Positions 18,169-26,832 of a DNA stretch of 64,000 bases are shown piece after piece. Location: contig QKDR01000019.1 in the NCBI GenBank assembly GCA_003252515.1, positions 11,110 to 75,109 on the forward strand, written 5' to 3'. The notes under the pieces were generated by a model. It searched no databases, was not told the DNA's origin, and was given only the letters and a program-made list of their open reading frames with translations. The stretch's first letter is position 1. Every line of letters begins with the position of its first letter. The translations under genes and the position numbers were made by a program. Origin of the DNA: Candidatus Delongbacteria bacterium. Lineage in GTDB: Bacteria > UBA4055.

Positions 18169-19623
18169 ATGGAAAAGATCAAAATGGACCTGTCAAATCT
18201 GAATAAAGTATTTCCTGATGATTTTACGCAGGAACAGATCGCGAAAGCGAAGACAGCTTTCCTGAAAAGACTTTCAGAAACCGCGCATAAATTCTACGGC
18301 GGAAAGATACAGACAGTACCGAAAGCCGGCGTTTTCGGGTTCAACTGGTTCAACGTATGGTATACTCCCGGTGTATCTAAAGTGTCAACCGACATAAGAG
18401 ATAACAACGACGTTTCTTTTGAATTGAGCAACAGAGGTAACCTGGTCGGCGTGGTCAGCGATTCTACAAGGGTTCTCGGAGACGGGGACTGTACTCCTTC
18501 CGGTGGACTCGGAGTAATGGAAGGTAAAGCGTTCTTAATGAAATATCTCGGAGGGGTCGACGCCGTGGCTCTCTGCGTTGACAGTAAAGGTAAGGACGGC
18601 AGGAACGATCCAGACAAGATCATAGAGTTCGTTAAAATGGTTCAGCACAGCTTCGGAGCGATAAACCTCGAAGATATTTCCCAGCCGAACTGCTTTAAAG
18701 TACTTGACGTCCTCCGTGAAGAATGCGACATTCCAGTCTGGCACGATGATGCTCAGGGAACCGCAAGCGTAACACTCGCGGGACTTCTGAATGCACTTAA
18801 GCTGGTAAAAAAAGATATTAAAGACGTTAAAATAGTACTCCTCGGAGCCGGCGCTTCGAACACAACGATAGCAAGGCTGATCATTACTGACGGAGCCGAT
18901 CCGGGAAACCTGATAATCTTCGACTCCAGAGGATCGCTCAACAAAAGCAGAGAGGACATCAAAGCGGATACCCGTTTCTACAGGAAGTGGGAACTCTGCG
19001 AGACCACGAACAAAGATCAGGTGACCGAAATCGCTGAAGCAATGAAAGGTTCTGATGTACTGATCGCGCTGTCAACTCCGGGTCCGGATACTGTAAAAAA
19101 GGAATGGATATCGGTCATGGCCGAAAAATCTATCGTATTCACATGTGCGAATCCCGTTCCGGAGATATATCCGTACGCCGCAAAAGAAGCCGGAGCCTAT
19201 ATCGTGGCGACAGGAAGAGGCGACTTCCCGAACCAGGTCAACAACTCGATAGGATTTCCGGGAATACTTAAAGGTGCTCTGATGGTCAGGGCGAAAAAGA
19301 TCACCGACAATATGGCTATAGCTGCAGCTCATTCACTGGCGGACTATGCAGAAAAAAGAGGTATCGATCCCGAGAATATCGTTCCGACAATGGATGAAGC
19401 GGAAGTCTTCCCTGTCGAAGCTGCCGATGTGGCAATGCAGGCAATCAGGGACGGTGTTGCAAGGATCAACATTACATGGGAAGAAGCTTTCAGTAAAGCA
19501 AAACAGGATATCGAATATTCCAGAAGCATGACAAAAACGCTGATGGATACCGGATATATCAAAACGCCGGAAGAAACCATGCTCCAGGAAGCGCTTGACT
19601 TCGCTATATCTCAGGTAAGGTAA
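18169..19623 (+). CDS. NAD(P)-dependent malic enzyme (no PTA domain)
   Basis: YTPGV, SDSTRVLG.G, GVMEGKA.L.K..GG, INLEDI..PNCF, WHDDAQGTA, GAGA, ANP.PEI, ATGRGDFPNQVNN. Confidence 0.92.
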   Translation: MEKIKMDLSNLNKVFPDDFTQEQIAKAKTAFLKRLSETAHKFYGGKIQTVPKAGVFGFNWFNVWYTPGVSKVSTDIRDNNDVSFELSNRGNLVGVVSDSTRVLGDGDCTPSGGLGVMEGKAFLMKYLGGVDAVALCVDSKGKDGRNDPDKIIEFVKMVQHSFGAINLEDISQPNCFKVLDVLREECDIPVWHDDAQGTASVTLAGLLNALKLVKKDIKDVKIVLLGAGASNTTIARLIITDGADPGNLIIFDSRGSLNKSREDIKADTRFYRKWELCETTNKDQVTEIAEAMKGSDVLIALSTPGPDTVKKEWISVMAEKSIVFTCANPVPEIYPYAAKEAGAYIVATGRGDFPNQVNNSIGFPGILKGALMVRAKKITDNMAIAAAHSLADYAEKRGIDPENIVPTMDEAEVFPVEAADVAMQAIRDGVARINITWEEAFSKAKQDIEYSRSMTKTLMDTGYIKTPEETMLQEALDFAISQVR

Positions 19624-19649
19624 AGATCTATAAAATAATACAATCATTT

Positions 19650-19679
19650 GATCAGCAGCTTTTATTGCTGATCTTTTTT
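19650..19679 (+). terminator. Intrinsic terminator ending the hdr-frd-suc-fum-mae operon
   Basis: GATCAGCA-gcttttat-TGCTGATC followed by TTTTTT. Confidence 0.75.
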
Positions 19680-20322
19680 AAAGTCTGCCATTATGAGTCT
19701 TGAAACTGTCGACTATTTTACGGAATATTCTGTACATCTCGTTTACGACAAGGCCGTTCTCGAGAATCTCAATTGCGTTGATTACAGCTTCGATAGTGGA
19801 TACTTTTTCAGGATCTTTTGAATCTCTCAGTTCATACTCGCCTTTCTGACCAGAAGGAAGTCTGACCCTTTTTATCCCCGCAAGCAGTTCCGATCTTGTC
19901 ATTTTCACGGCCTGATGGTAGTTCCCGTCCGGAACGATCAGATTGATCGGCTTATTCAGTCTGGAAATGAAGTTGTCATCGAGTACGTTCGAAGCGTGGG
20001 GGAAGAGCACGAGGTTTTCATATCCATCCATAATTACATCGCTTTCGGTAACATTCCCGTTAGGCGCACCTATGATAACTGTCTTCGAGTTCGTGAGCAT
20101 TAATTCCGCTATTTTACCGGTGTTGGTTGAGCGGGCGAACTCTTTAACGTGCATCAGAAGAGTGACTCGCGTTCTGAGGTCAAACTTGGTAATATCACGG
20201 CATATGCAGATACTTGTGAAAAGTCTGCAGACCGGACATTTTTTCGATACTCTTCTGCTGTGCGACAAAAATGCTCCTGATAATTTACCGGCAAATATAG
20301 CGCATTTCAAATAATGCCGCAA
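19678..20322 (-). CDS. DTW-domain protein (TapT/YfiP-like tRNA aminocarboxypropyltransferase family); start uncertain
   Basis: CPVC.L....CIC, LLMH.KE..RSTNTG, VLFP, LIVPDGNY..A.KM (DxTW position), Y.LR, STIEA. Confidence 0.8.
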   Translation of the reverse strand: MRHYLKCAIFAGKLSGAFLSHSRRVSKKCPVCRLFTSICICRDITKFDLRTRVTLLMHVKEFARSTNTGKIAELMLTNSKTVIIGAPNGNVTESDVIMDGYENLVLFPHASNVLDDNFISRLNKPINLIVPDGNYHQAVKMTRSELLAGIKRVRLPSGQKGEYELRDSKDPEKVSTIEAVINAIEILENGLVVNEMYRIFRKIVDSFKTHNGRL

Positions 20323-20399
20323 AGAAAATATGACATTTAATGTAGTAAAGAACGGTTTAATTTGCTATATTTAGTATTTAAGAAAAACGGGATTACAAA

Positions 20400-21035
20400 A
20401 TGAACAAAAACATTATCGATCTTACTCATACGATAAACGAAAAAATGACGGTATTTCCGGGAGAACAGAAAGCTGAAGTGAACAGAATAAAAGTTTTCGA
20501 AAAAGACGGATACGCCGTAACTGAACTTAAACTGACGACGCATACGGGAACTCATATTGATGCACCGGGTCATCTGATAGGCGGAGGAAAAACACTCGAT
20601 CAGCTTCAGATGGGAGTATTTACCGGGAAAGCAGTATGTGTAAACTGTGAGGGTGTTCAGGAAATTTCTCTTAATTTGCTTAAGACATACAGTGAACTCA
20701 TCTCAAATGCAGATTTCGTTCTTTTCAATTCGGGCTGGTATAAAAAATGGAATTCAGAAGACTATTTCGATCAGTATCCTGTTCTGACAATTGAATCCGC
20801 AAAATTACTTTCTTCATTCGATCTGAAAGCCGTCGGTTTCGATTACATCTCCGTTGATCCTGTAAGTTCGACAGATCTTCCGCTGCATAAAACATTTCTG
20901 AGCAGAGACATACTTATAATCGAGAACCTCACCAGCCTCGATTTACTTCCGGCCGGTCTTTTCGATTTTTTCTGCATTCCGTTAAAAATAGAACTTTCCG
21001 ACGGTTCTCCGGTAAGAGCGTTCGCGTATGTATAA
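20400..21035 (+). CDS. Cyclase family metal-dependent hydrolase (kynurenine formamidase-like)
   Basis: IDLTH, HTGTHIDAP.H, GFD..S.D, H..FL....IIENL, PLKI...DGSPVRA. Confidence 0.92.
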   Translation: MNKNIIDLTHTINEKMTVFPGEQKAEVNRIKVFEKDGYAVTELKLTTHTGTHIDAPGHLIGGGKTLDQLQMGVFTGKAVCVNCEGVQEISLNLLKTYSELISNADFVLFNSGWYKKWNSEDYFDQYPVLTIESAKLLSSFDLKAVGFDYISVDPVSSTDLPLHKTFLSRDILIIENLTSLDLLPAGLFDFFCIPLKIELSDGSPVRAFAYV

Positions 21036-21036
21036 C

Positions 21037-21064
21037 TTATTGTATAAAATTTATTGTATAAAAT
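21037..21064. repeat. Perfect 14-bp tandem direct repeat upstream of the RND operon
   Basis: TTATTGTATAAAAT at 21037-21050 and again at 21051-21064. Confidence 0.85.
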
Positions 21065-21116
21065 AATATTTGATATGATACGTTAACTGTGTTGAACTGA
21101 AAATGGAGCGAATTTA

Positions 21117-22454
21117 ATGAAATATTTTACAGTCTTAATCATATCAATTTCGACTCTTTTGAGCGCTGAGACAGTATCTCTCGAAAAAGCAAAAGCTTCG
21201 GCCCTGGAAAATAATTACGGTTACGCGATAGCCAAAGAAACGCTTAATTATTCCGAACTGTCGACCAAAAGCGCCTTCGCCGGATTTCTGCCGACGGCAA
21301 GTTTCAGTGCAGGTTACACTCTTTACACACCTGAAGTTGAAATAAGTTCATTCAATTTCACGACAATGTCTTCAGTAAGTATGACTCAGGAAGACAGAAC
21401 GGCATTCTCCATCCGTGTTTCACAGCCCCTTTTTACGGGCGGAAAAGTCTGGAACAATTATAAAATAGCATCAGGATCGGAAGAGATGAGCAGGAATACG
21501 CTGACATCTGAAATGTTCAAATTGTTGGCTGACGTAGAGTCTCAGTACTTAAGCGTTCTTGAAGCTCAGGAAATGATGAAGATCGCTGAGGAATCCATAG
21601 TGCTGTCAAAAAAGAACGAGGAAACGGCTAAGATAAAATTCGATTCGGGTCTGATCTCAAGGGCGGATTTTCTCAAGAATTCGTCTGCCCGGGCGTCCAG
21701 CGAAGTATCACTCGTGAACGCGGAGAAAATATTACAGCTTGCAAGGATATCATTTTCAAATATTACGGGTCTTAAGGAATTCGAACTGGAAACTCTTGAA
21801 CACGAAAAATGCGAGGATATAATTAAAGGCCTGTGTAATATGGAGCCTGCAGATATAACACTGAAAGTTCAGAGGCTCAGGGAAGTCGCTTTAAAAAATA
21901 ATATCGACTTGAAGAACGCGGTTCTGGGAAGAGAGATAAATGAAAAGAAAATATCGGTCTCGAAAGGCAGTTTCCTGCCTACACTAAGTCTTTCTTACAG
22001 CACTGAATGGTCAAAAACGAACCTGACTGACGAATACTCGAATTCGGGTGCTGTAGCTCTTTCAGCTTCTGTTCCGATCTTGCCGCTTTACGATAATTAT
22101 ATTACACTTGAAAAGAGCAGGATAGACTTGAAAAGATCAGAATTATCCGAAAAACAGCTTGAGGATAATATATCAACGCTGATAAATACATACTTGTATA
22201 CTCTTGTATCAGGATCAAAACAGCTTCAGAGCTCCATCACTGCGGTAGAACTGGCCGACGAGACGTACAAAAGCGTAGAAGAAAGAGCAAATTCCGGTTT
22301 GTCGACAGAGGATGAGCTCAATACGGCAAGGCTTTCACTTATCCAGGCTAAATATGATCAGACTTCAGTATATTATTCTATCCTGAAAACAAAAACCGAG
22401 CTTATGAGAGTACTCGGGATCACTGACGGCAACGAACTTCTTAAACTGTTTTAA
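21117..22454 (+). CDS. TolC-family outer membrane efflux protein
   Basis: Signal peptide, ALENN, two FLPT.S.S repeats, SQPLFTGG; first gene of the MFP/RND operon. Confidence 0.88.
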   Translation: MKYFTVLIISISTLLSAETVSLEKAKASALENNYGYAIAKETLNYSELSTKSAFAGFLPTASFSAGYTLYTPEVEISSFNFTTMSSVSMTQEDRTAFSIRVSQPLFTGGKVWNNYKIASGSEEMSRNTLTSEMFKLLADVESQYLSVLEAQEMMKIAEESIVLSKKNEETAKIKFDSGLISRADFLKNSSARASSEVSLVNAEKILQLARISFSNITGLKEFELETLEHEKCEDIIKGLCNMEPADITLKVQRLREVALKNNIDLKNAVLGREINEKKISVSKGSFLPTLSLSYSTEWSKTNLTDEYSNSGAVALSASVPILPLYDNYITLEKSRIDLKRSELSEKQLEDNISTLINTYLYTLVSGSKQLQSSITAVELADETYKSVEERANSGLSTEDELNTARLSLIQAKYDQTSVYYSILKTKTELMRVLGITDGNELLKLF

Positions 22455-22465
22455 AAAGGGGACCT

Positions 22466-23575
22466 TTGATGAAAAAGATGACTTATTTAATTTCGATAGC
22501 GATCCTGATATTGACTTCATGCTCAAAAAGTACCGATGCTGCCAAAAAACCGGGACAGTCCGGAATGCAGGATTCACCTCCCGTAACTGTCAAAGTTGAG
22601 AAAGTTCAGCCTAGGGATCTTCAGCTGTATGCCGAAATAACCGGAAAGCTTGAAGGTATCACCGATATCGTTTATTACAGCGAAGTGGCGGGGAAAGTAA
22701 AATCAATAGAGAAAAAACTCGGCGACAGTGTGAAGAAAGGCGAGGCTATCGCTTATCTGGATTCAAAAAATTATCAGATATCCTACGATCAGGCTAAATC
22801 CGAGCTTAAATCAGCCGAAGCCGGACTGGATGCGCTGAAATTGAAGGCTGAGACCACGAAGAAACTGTTCGAGTCCGGGAAAGTATCGAAGTACGAACTT
22901 ACCAACGACGAAAGCTCGCTTAAGAAAGCCGAAGCGGCAGTAGACGCCGCAAAAGCCGGTCTGGAGCGCGCAAGAATAAATTACGAGAACTCCAAATTCC
23001 TTTCGCCGGTCGTCGGCTCTATTGCGCAACTTAATATCAAGGAAGGCCAGTTCGTGGCGACCGGTCAGGCCGTCGCCTCTATTGTCGACTGCAGAAAGCT
23101 TCTGATAAAAACGGGAGTTACCGAAAATGACATCGTGTCGCTTAAAAACGGAAGTCCCGTGGAGATAAAACACAACGGATCGGAGAAAATAATTTATGGG
23201 GAAGTGACAGGTTCAGGGAAAAAACCCGATGCGACAGGCAATTATCCTGTTGAAATAGAGATTGACAATTCAGGGAACGCGCTCCTTCCGGGAATGATAG
23301 TAAGAGGAAAGATCGAATCCGCAAGACTTGAGAATATGATTTATACGGATTTTGACAATATTATAGAAGAATTCGGTAATTATTTCGTATATGTGATCGG
23401 ATCGCAGAACAAAGCTGAAAAGCGTAAGATCACTCTGGGGAGGAAATACGGGAATACTATCATTATAGCTTCAGGTGTAAAAACCGGCGATATGATGGTT
23501 GTGTCAGGCATAGACGCTTTAAAAGACGGTGCTGAAGTAAGAGTGTTCGGAAGCGCTAAAAAGAACGAAAAATAA
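22466..23575 (+). CDS. RND efflux periplasmic adaptor (MFP), lipoprotein
   Basis: Lipobox LTSC, SEVAGKV...GDSVKKG, SPV.G.I, LLPGM, GVK.GD.MVVSG...L.DG. Confidence 0.92.
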   Translation: MMKKMTYLISIAILILTSCSKSTDAAKKPGQSGMQDSPPVTVKVEKVQPRDLQLYAEITGKLEGITDIVYYSEVAGKVKSIEKKLGDSVKKGEAIAYLDSKNYQISYDQAKSELKSAEAGLDALKLKAETTKKLFESGKVSKYELTNDESSLKKAEAAVDAAKAGLERARINYENSKFLSPVVGSIAQLNIKEGQFVATGQAVASIVDCRKLLIKTGVTENDIVSLKNGSPVEIKHNGSEKIIYGEVTGSGKKPDATGNYPVEIEIDNSGNALLPGMIVRGKIESARLENMIYTDFDNIIEEFGNYFVYVIGSQNKAEKRKITLGRKYGNTIIIASGVKTGDMMVVSGIDALKDGAEVRVFGSAKKNEK

Positions 23576-23588
23576 TTCTCCGGGGCCA

Positions 23589-26500
23589 ATGATGAACCTT
23601 CCAAAATTTTCAGTATCAAATCCCGTACTTATAAATATGGTGATGATAATTATATTTATTCTAGGGATTTTTTATACATATAGAATACCTAAAGAATCCA
23701 TGCCACAGATAGAATGGGGATCTTTCATGATAAACGTCGCATACCCCGGGGTCGCACCTGATGAGATTGAGACGCTGATCATTCAGGAGATCGAGGACGA
23801 ACTTTCAGATCTGACCGATATTGACTATATAAGTTCCACGGCGTACGAGGGAAGAGCGGTCATATTCGTGAACCTTAACGCCGGAGTTGACTTAGACAAG
23901 GCGTGGAACGACGTGTCCAGAGAGCTCGACAAGGTAAGAGGTCTGCCCGAGGACGCTACAGATCCGTTCATGCAGAACATGAGCATGAGAGAGCTTAAAT
24001 CGGTCTGTACCGTCGCGATCGAAGGCGAGAAATACACTCCGGACGGCATAAGAAGGATATCCGAGCAGATAAAGGACGATCTGGCGAAGATCAATTACGT
24101 TTCCAAGGTAGAGCTGAAGGGAGCTAAGGTAAGAGAGATCAGGATCGAGCCGGACCTGAATAAAATGGAATATTTCAACATCGGGTTTTCTGATATTGAG
24201 ACAGCTGTACAGGCCAAGAACCTCAATCTGCCGGGCGGTACTGTAATGGCCGGAAAATCGGAAGTGCTTGTGCGAACTATGGGACAGTTCGAGTCGGTCA
24301 ATCAGATAGAATACGTGGTACTGAAAGCTTTCGACAACGGATCTGTCCTCAGGGTCAGAGATATTGCGAAAGTGATCGATACTTACGAAGATGTGAACGT
24401 TAAAACAAGGCTGGACGGGAAAGAGAGTCTGAATCTGTACGTTTATCAGAACGCTGACGGTAACATTCTTGATATAATAAAAGACATCAGAAGTTACATA
24501 AAAACTATTCCCGAAAAATATACCGACGTACGGGCAAGAGTAGTGAACGACGACTCTATATCTGTCAGAAGCAATATTAATACTCTTTCTATGTCGGCCC
24601 TTTTAGGTATTATACTGGTATTTATAACACTTTATGTTTTTATAGGATGGAGGAACGCAGTATTCGCGGCTATGGGGATCCCGTTCTCTTTTATGATGAC
24701 CTTCTGGCTGATGCAGTATTTCGGGATAACGATAAACAATCTGAGCCTTTTCGCCCTCGTTCTGGTGCTGGGTATGGTCGTGGATGACGCTATAGTGGTG
24801 ATCGAAAACGTGCACAGGAACATTGAAGACGGAATGAGCCCTGAAGACGCCGCCGTGAAAGGCGCGGGAGAAGTCATGTGGCCGGTTATTGCAGCCGTAC
24901 TTACTACGATAGCCGCTTTTCTGCCTCTTCTTATGATGGAAGGTCATATGGGCAGGTTCCTGGGAGTTTTTCCGAAAGTTGTTTCGCTTGCGCTTTTCGC
25001 TTCGCTTTTCGAAGCACTTCTCATACTGCCGTCACATCTGGCCGACTTCTCGAAACCTCACGATAAAACCAAAGCTGAAGGACATTTCTATAAAAAACTC
25101 GTAAAAAAATATTCCGCCGTGCTCATCGGATTTTTGAAGAGAAGGACACTTGTCATGACTGTTGTTGTTCTTGCGCTGCTGGCTTCAATGTTCACTGTCG
25201 TAAAAGGGCTTGTCAAGTTTGAGTTCTTTCCAAAAACAGCTCCGACTACAATTACAATAAAAGCTGAGACATTTGCAGGAACCCATCTGGAGAAAACCGA
25301 TTCTCTGACGCGTGTGATCGAGAACTTCGTGATGAACATGCCCTATCAGGAGAACTTCAAAGCGCTCAATACGAATGTCGGACAGCAGCAGGACAGGGCA
25401 TTCTGGGATGAATCGACCAATCTTATAGAGCTCCGGCTTGACCTTATAGATGCTGACAGCCTGACAGTTGATCTGAATGTCGTAAACTCCGAGATAAGGA
25501 AGTTCCTCAACGGCATGCAGGAGATCGTCAGCTATAAATTCTCTACCGGCAGAAGCGGACCTCCGACCGGTGAGGATGTCGAGATAAGGATCCTCGGTGA
25601 CGATCTGAAAAGGCTGCAGGAGCTGTCTGAAAAGGTTAAAGGTGTAGTATCATCAATTTCCGGTGTCAAAGATGTCGAAGACAATTTCGATGCGGGAAAG
25701 AAGGAAATGAAGATCTATCCCGACTACGAGAAACTTATGCTCTACGGTATCAGTGTTTCCGAGCTGGCGGCTTTTATCAGGACAGCATCGGTGGGCAAAA
25801 TCATATCGGAATATTCGGAAAGATCTGACAAGTACAATATCAGGGTTATACTTCCCGATGATCAGTTCAATTCTATCGATAAAGTACGCAACATGAAGAT
25901 GAATACGCGTACAGGCATGAAGATCGTGCTCAAGGATGTGGCCGAATTTGAGATTTCCAACACTATTTCAAGGATAGTCAGAAGGGACGGAAAGAGGACT
26001 GTAACGATCACAGGTAATGTCGGCACATATACGGAGAACGGGAAAACCATGATGAGAACTCCTGATGAGGCTAACGAACTGCTGTTCGGCAACAAGATCA
26101 AAGGTATAACCGGTAAGCTTGAGAACTTCGATAGAGAAAATCCCGGTTACAGGATAGAGGTGGGCGGTGCCAGCGACGAACGGGCTAAGAGTTTTCATTC
26201 TCTTTATATTGCTTTCGTAATAGCCCTGATCATGATATATATGATACTAGGTACCCAGTTCAAATCGTACGTACAGCCACTCATCGTGATGATAACCATA
26301 CCTTTCGCGTTCATCGGGGTCATCTTCGGGCTCGTGGTCACGAACACGCCTTTTTCGATCCTTTCCATGATCGCAGTGGTCGCGCTTGCCGGCATCGTCG
26401 TGAACGACTCGATCGTTTTTGTTGACTTTATCAATAAAGAAAGGGAAAAAGGAATTGACCGCTGGAACAGCCTCATAAATGCCGGCATGACAAGGCTGAG

Positions 26501-26759
26501 GCCGATAATTCTTACAACCGTAACGACCATCTTCGGACTTGTACCTATGATAATATCCCAGTCGGAGTCGGTCAGGATGTGGAAGCCAATGGCGGTCAGC
26601 ATATCGTTCGGGCTCGGGTTCGCGACTATTCTTACGCTTCTGGTACTTCCAGTAGTATATTCACTCATAGACAGTTTGGCCTGCAGGTGCAGCGGAACGC
26701 AGAAGATGAGACTGACGGATGCTCTGGGCCTTCGTAAAGAAAAAGGTTACGATAAATAA
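23589..26759 (+). CDS. RND efflux permease (AcrB/AcrD/AcrF family)
   Basis: 1056 aa; YPG.AP.EIE, N.NLPGG, GMVVDDAIVVIEN, GIVVNDSI, RLRPIILT. Confidence 0.95.
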   Translation: MMNLPKFSVSNPVLINMVMIIIFILGIFYTYRIPKESMPQIEWGSFMINVAYPGVAPDEIETLIIQEIEDELSDLTDIDYISSTAYEGRAVIFVNLNAGVDLDKAWNDVSRELDKVRGLPEDATDPFMQNMSMRELKSVCTVAIEGEKYTPDGIRRISEQIKDDLAKINYVSKVELKGAKVREIRIEPDLNKMEYFNIGFSDIETAVQAKNLNLPGGTVMAGKSEVLVRTMGQFESVNQIEYVVLKAFDNGSVLRVRDIAKVIDTYEDVNVKTRLDGKESLNLYVYQNADGNILDIIKDIRSYIKTIPEKYTDVRARVVNDDSISVRSNINTLSMSALLGIILVFITLYVFIGWRNAVFAAMGIPFSFMMTFWLMQYFGITINNLSLFALVLVLGMVVDDAIVVIENVHRNIEDGMSPEDAAVKGAGEVMWPVIAAVLTTIAAFLPLLMMEGHMGRFLGVFPKVVSLALFASLFEALLILPSHLADFSKPHDKTKAEGHFYKKLVKKYSAVLIGFLKRRTLVMTVVVLALLASMFTVVKGLVKFEFFPKTAPTTITIKAETFAGTHLEKTDSLTRVIENFVMNMPYQENFKALNTNVGQQQDRAFWDESTNLIELRLDLIDADSLTVDLNVVNSEIRKFLNGMQEIVSYKFSTGRSGPPTGEDVEIRILGDDLKRLQELSEKVKGVVSSISGVKDVEDNFDAGKKEMKIYPDYEKLMLYGISVSELAAFIRTASVGKIISEYSERSDKYNIRVILPDDQFNSIDKVRNMKMNTRTGMKIVLKDVAEFEISNTISRIVRRDGKRTVTITGNVGTYTENGKTMMRTPDEANELLFGNKIKGITGKLENFDRENPGYRIEVGGASDERAKSFHSLYIAFVIALIMIYMILGTQFKSYVQPLIVMITIPFAFIGVIFGLVVTNTPFSILSMIAVVALAGIVVNDSIVFVDFINKEREKGIDRWNSLINAGMTRLRPIILTTVTTIFGLVPMIISQSESVRMWKPMAVSISFGLGFATILTLLVLPVVYSLIDSLACRCSGTQKMRLTDALGLRKEKGYDK

Positions 26760-26832
26760 TTTATATATTTCGCTTGCTTTCGGATTAACACTTAGCTATT
26801 TTGCTAATAGAGAGTAAAATAGGAGAAGTGTT

